A DNA stretch of 64,000 nucleotides from the human T2T-CHM13v2.0 reference genome, Homo sapiens, in NCBI RefSeq assembly GCF_009914755.1, contig NC_060931.1, one strand, 5' to 3'. Under the pieces are notes generated by a model. The model was not told where the DNA came from, ran no database searches, and worked only from the letters and a program-made list of their open reading frames with translations. Position numbers and translations under genes: made by a program. Shown here piece by piece: positions 61,701-64,000 of the stretch (positions within the stretch are counted from its first letter, which is position 1; every line of letters starts with the position of its first letter).

Positions 61701-64000
61701 ATTTCCTTTTCCGCTACAGGCCTCAAACTGCTGCAAATATCCATTTGCAGATACTACAGAAAGAGTGTTTAGAAACTGCTCAATTAAAAGAAAGGTTCAA
61801 CCCTATGAGTTACATGCACACATCACAAAAATGTTTCTGAGAATGCTTCTTTTTAGTTTTTGTGTGATATTTCCTTTTCCACCATGGGCCTCAAAGCAGT
61901 CCAAATTCAACTCTGTGAATGCACACATCATGAAGAATTTTCTCAGATTGCTTCTTTCTAGTTTTTATGTGAAGATATTTCCTTTTCAGCTATAGGCCTA
62001 AAAGCGCTCCAAATATCCACTTGCAGATACTGGAAAAAGAGTGTTTCCAAACTGCTCAAAGAAAAGAAAGGTTCAGCTCTATGAGTTGAATGTCCAGATC
62101 ACAAAGAAGTATCTGAGAATGCTTCTGTCTAGTTTTTATGTGAAGATATTTTATTTTCCACCATAGGCCTCAAAGCGCTCCAAATCTCCACTTGGAGATT
62201 CTACAAAAAGAGTATTTCCAAACTGCTCAATCAAAAGAAATGTTCAAAACTGTGAGTTGAAAGTACACATCACAAAGAAGGTTCAGAGAATGCTTCTGTC
62301 TAGTTTTTATGTGAAGATATTTCCTTTTCCACCAGAGGCCTCAAAGGGCTCCAAAAATCCACCTACAGATACTACAAAAAGAGAGTTTCAGAACTGCTCA
62401 ATCAAAAGAAAGGTTTACCTCTGTGAGACAAATGCACACATCACAAAGAAGTTTCTCAGATTGCTTCTGTCTAGATTTTAAGTGAAGATATTTCCTTTTC
62501 TACCATAGACCGCAAAGTGCTCCAAATGTCCACTTGCAGATTCTACGAAAAGAGTGTTTCAAAACTCCTCAATCAATAGAAAGGTTCAATTCTGTGTGAT
62601 GAATGCACACATCACAAGGACGTCTCTCATATTTCTTCTGTCTATTTTTTATGTGAAGATATTTCCTTTTCCACGACAGGCCTCAAAGCGCTCCAAATGT
62701 CCACTTGCAGATCCTACAAAAAAAGAGTTTCAAAACTTCTCAATGAAAAGAAAGTTTTAACTCTGTGAGATGAATGCACACATTATGAAGAGGTTTCTCA
62801 GATGGTTCCTGTCTAGATTTTATGTGAAGATATTTCCTTTTCTATCATAGCCCGCAAAGCGCTCCAATTGTCCACTTGCAGATTCTACAAAAAGAGTGCT
62901 TCAAAACTGTTCAATCAAAAGGAAGTTTCAACTCTGTGAGATGAATGCACACATCACAAAGAAGTTTCTGAGAATTCTTCTCTGTAGTTTTTATGTGAAG
63001 ATATTTCCTTTTCCACCATGAGCCTCAAAGTGCTCCAAATATCCACTTGCAGATTCTACAAAAAGAGAGTTTCAAAAACGGCTGAGTCAGAAGAAATGTT
63101 GAACTCTGTGAGATGAACGCACACATCAAAAGGAGTTTCTCAGAATTCTTTTGTGTAGTTTTTATATGAAGATATTTCCTTTTCCTCTGTAGGCCTGAAG
63201 GCACTAGAATTGTCCACTTGCAGATTCTGCTAAAAAAGTATTTCAAAACTGGTCCTTCAAAAGAAAGGTTCAATTCTGGGACATGAGTTCACACAGCATG
63301 AAGAAGTTTGTCAGTTTGCTTCTGTCTAGTTTTTATGTGAACATATTTCTTTTTCAGATATAGGTCTCAAAGCACTCCAAATATCCATTCGCAGATACCA
63401 CAAAAAGAGTGTTCCCAAACTGTTGAAACTAAAGAAAGCTTCAACTCTGTGAGTTGAATGCACAAATCACAAAGAATTTTCTGAGAATGCTTCTGTCTAG
63501 TTTTCTGTGAAGATATTTCCTTTTCCACCGTAGGCCTCAAAGTGCTCCAAATATTCACTTTCAGAATGTACAAAAAGGGTTTTTCAAAACTGCTCAGTCA
63601 AAAAAAAGATTCTACTCTGTGAGATGAATGCACACATCACAAAGAAGTTTCTCAGAATACTTCTGTCTACTTTTCATGTGAATATAATTCCTTTTCAGAT
63701 TTAGGCACCAAAGCACTCTAAATATCCTCTTCCAGGTTCTACAAAGAGTGTTTCAAAACTGCTCGATCAAAAGAAACGTTTAACTATGTGAGAAGAATGC
63801 ACAAATCATGAAGAATTTTCTCAGATTGCTTCTGTCTAGTTTTTATGTGAAGATGTTTTCTTTTCAACTATAGGCCTAAAAGCACTCCAAATATCCACTT
63901 GCAGACACAGGAAAAAGAGTGTTTCCAAACTGCTCAATGAAAAGAAAGGTTCAAATCTATGAGTTGAATGCCCATATCATAAAGAAGTATCTGAGAATGC
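58776..64000 (-). repeat. Monomeric alpha-satellite, reverse orientation, distinct 171-bp monomer class
   Basis: Orientation flips at ...GTATGCATTC|TACTTGTAGATTCTAC. The CTTCTG anchor falls at 58951, 59122, 59293 and 59464 (171 bp each). Typical motifs are CCACTTGCAGATTCTACAAAAAGAG(T/A)GTTTC and TTCAGCTATAGGCC. Confidence 0.96.

Overview
This window is not prokaryotic and holds no host genes. It is primate pericentromeric DNA, almost certainly human because it contains an L1HS pre-Ta element. About 88% is diverged, monomeric alpha-satellite (171/172-bp units carrying the pJ-alpha/A-type box; I saw no intact CENP-B box). The satellite forms three orientation blocks: 1-3584 (-), 3585-58775 (+) and 58776-64000 (-). 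Five retrotransposons interrupt it: a twin-primed (inverted) L1PA2-like fragment at 4.8-5.3 kb, an old L1PA5-like 3' fragment at 12.4-12.8 kb, an AluY at 18.1-18.4 kb, a 3.4-kb L1PA4-like element at 30.8-34.1 kb with a 55-bp 3' transduction and a target-site deletion, and a 5'-truncated pre-Ta L1HS at 44.2-47.6 kb whose ORF2 remnant is still open (1010 aa). The satellite also shows hidden higher-order structure: a 4-copy ~684-bp tetramer array, a near-perfect 172-bp tandem duplication, several dispersed block duplications and a change in monomer types along the array. Almost all short ORFs in the track are chance translations of satellite. I found no credible new protein-coding system; the interest lies in satellite evolution and retrotransposition events. 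Subfamily calls and identities were made by eye from remembered diagnostic positions and need alignment to confirm.
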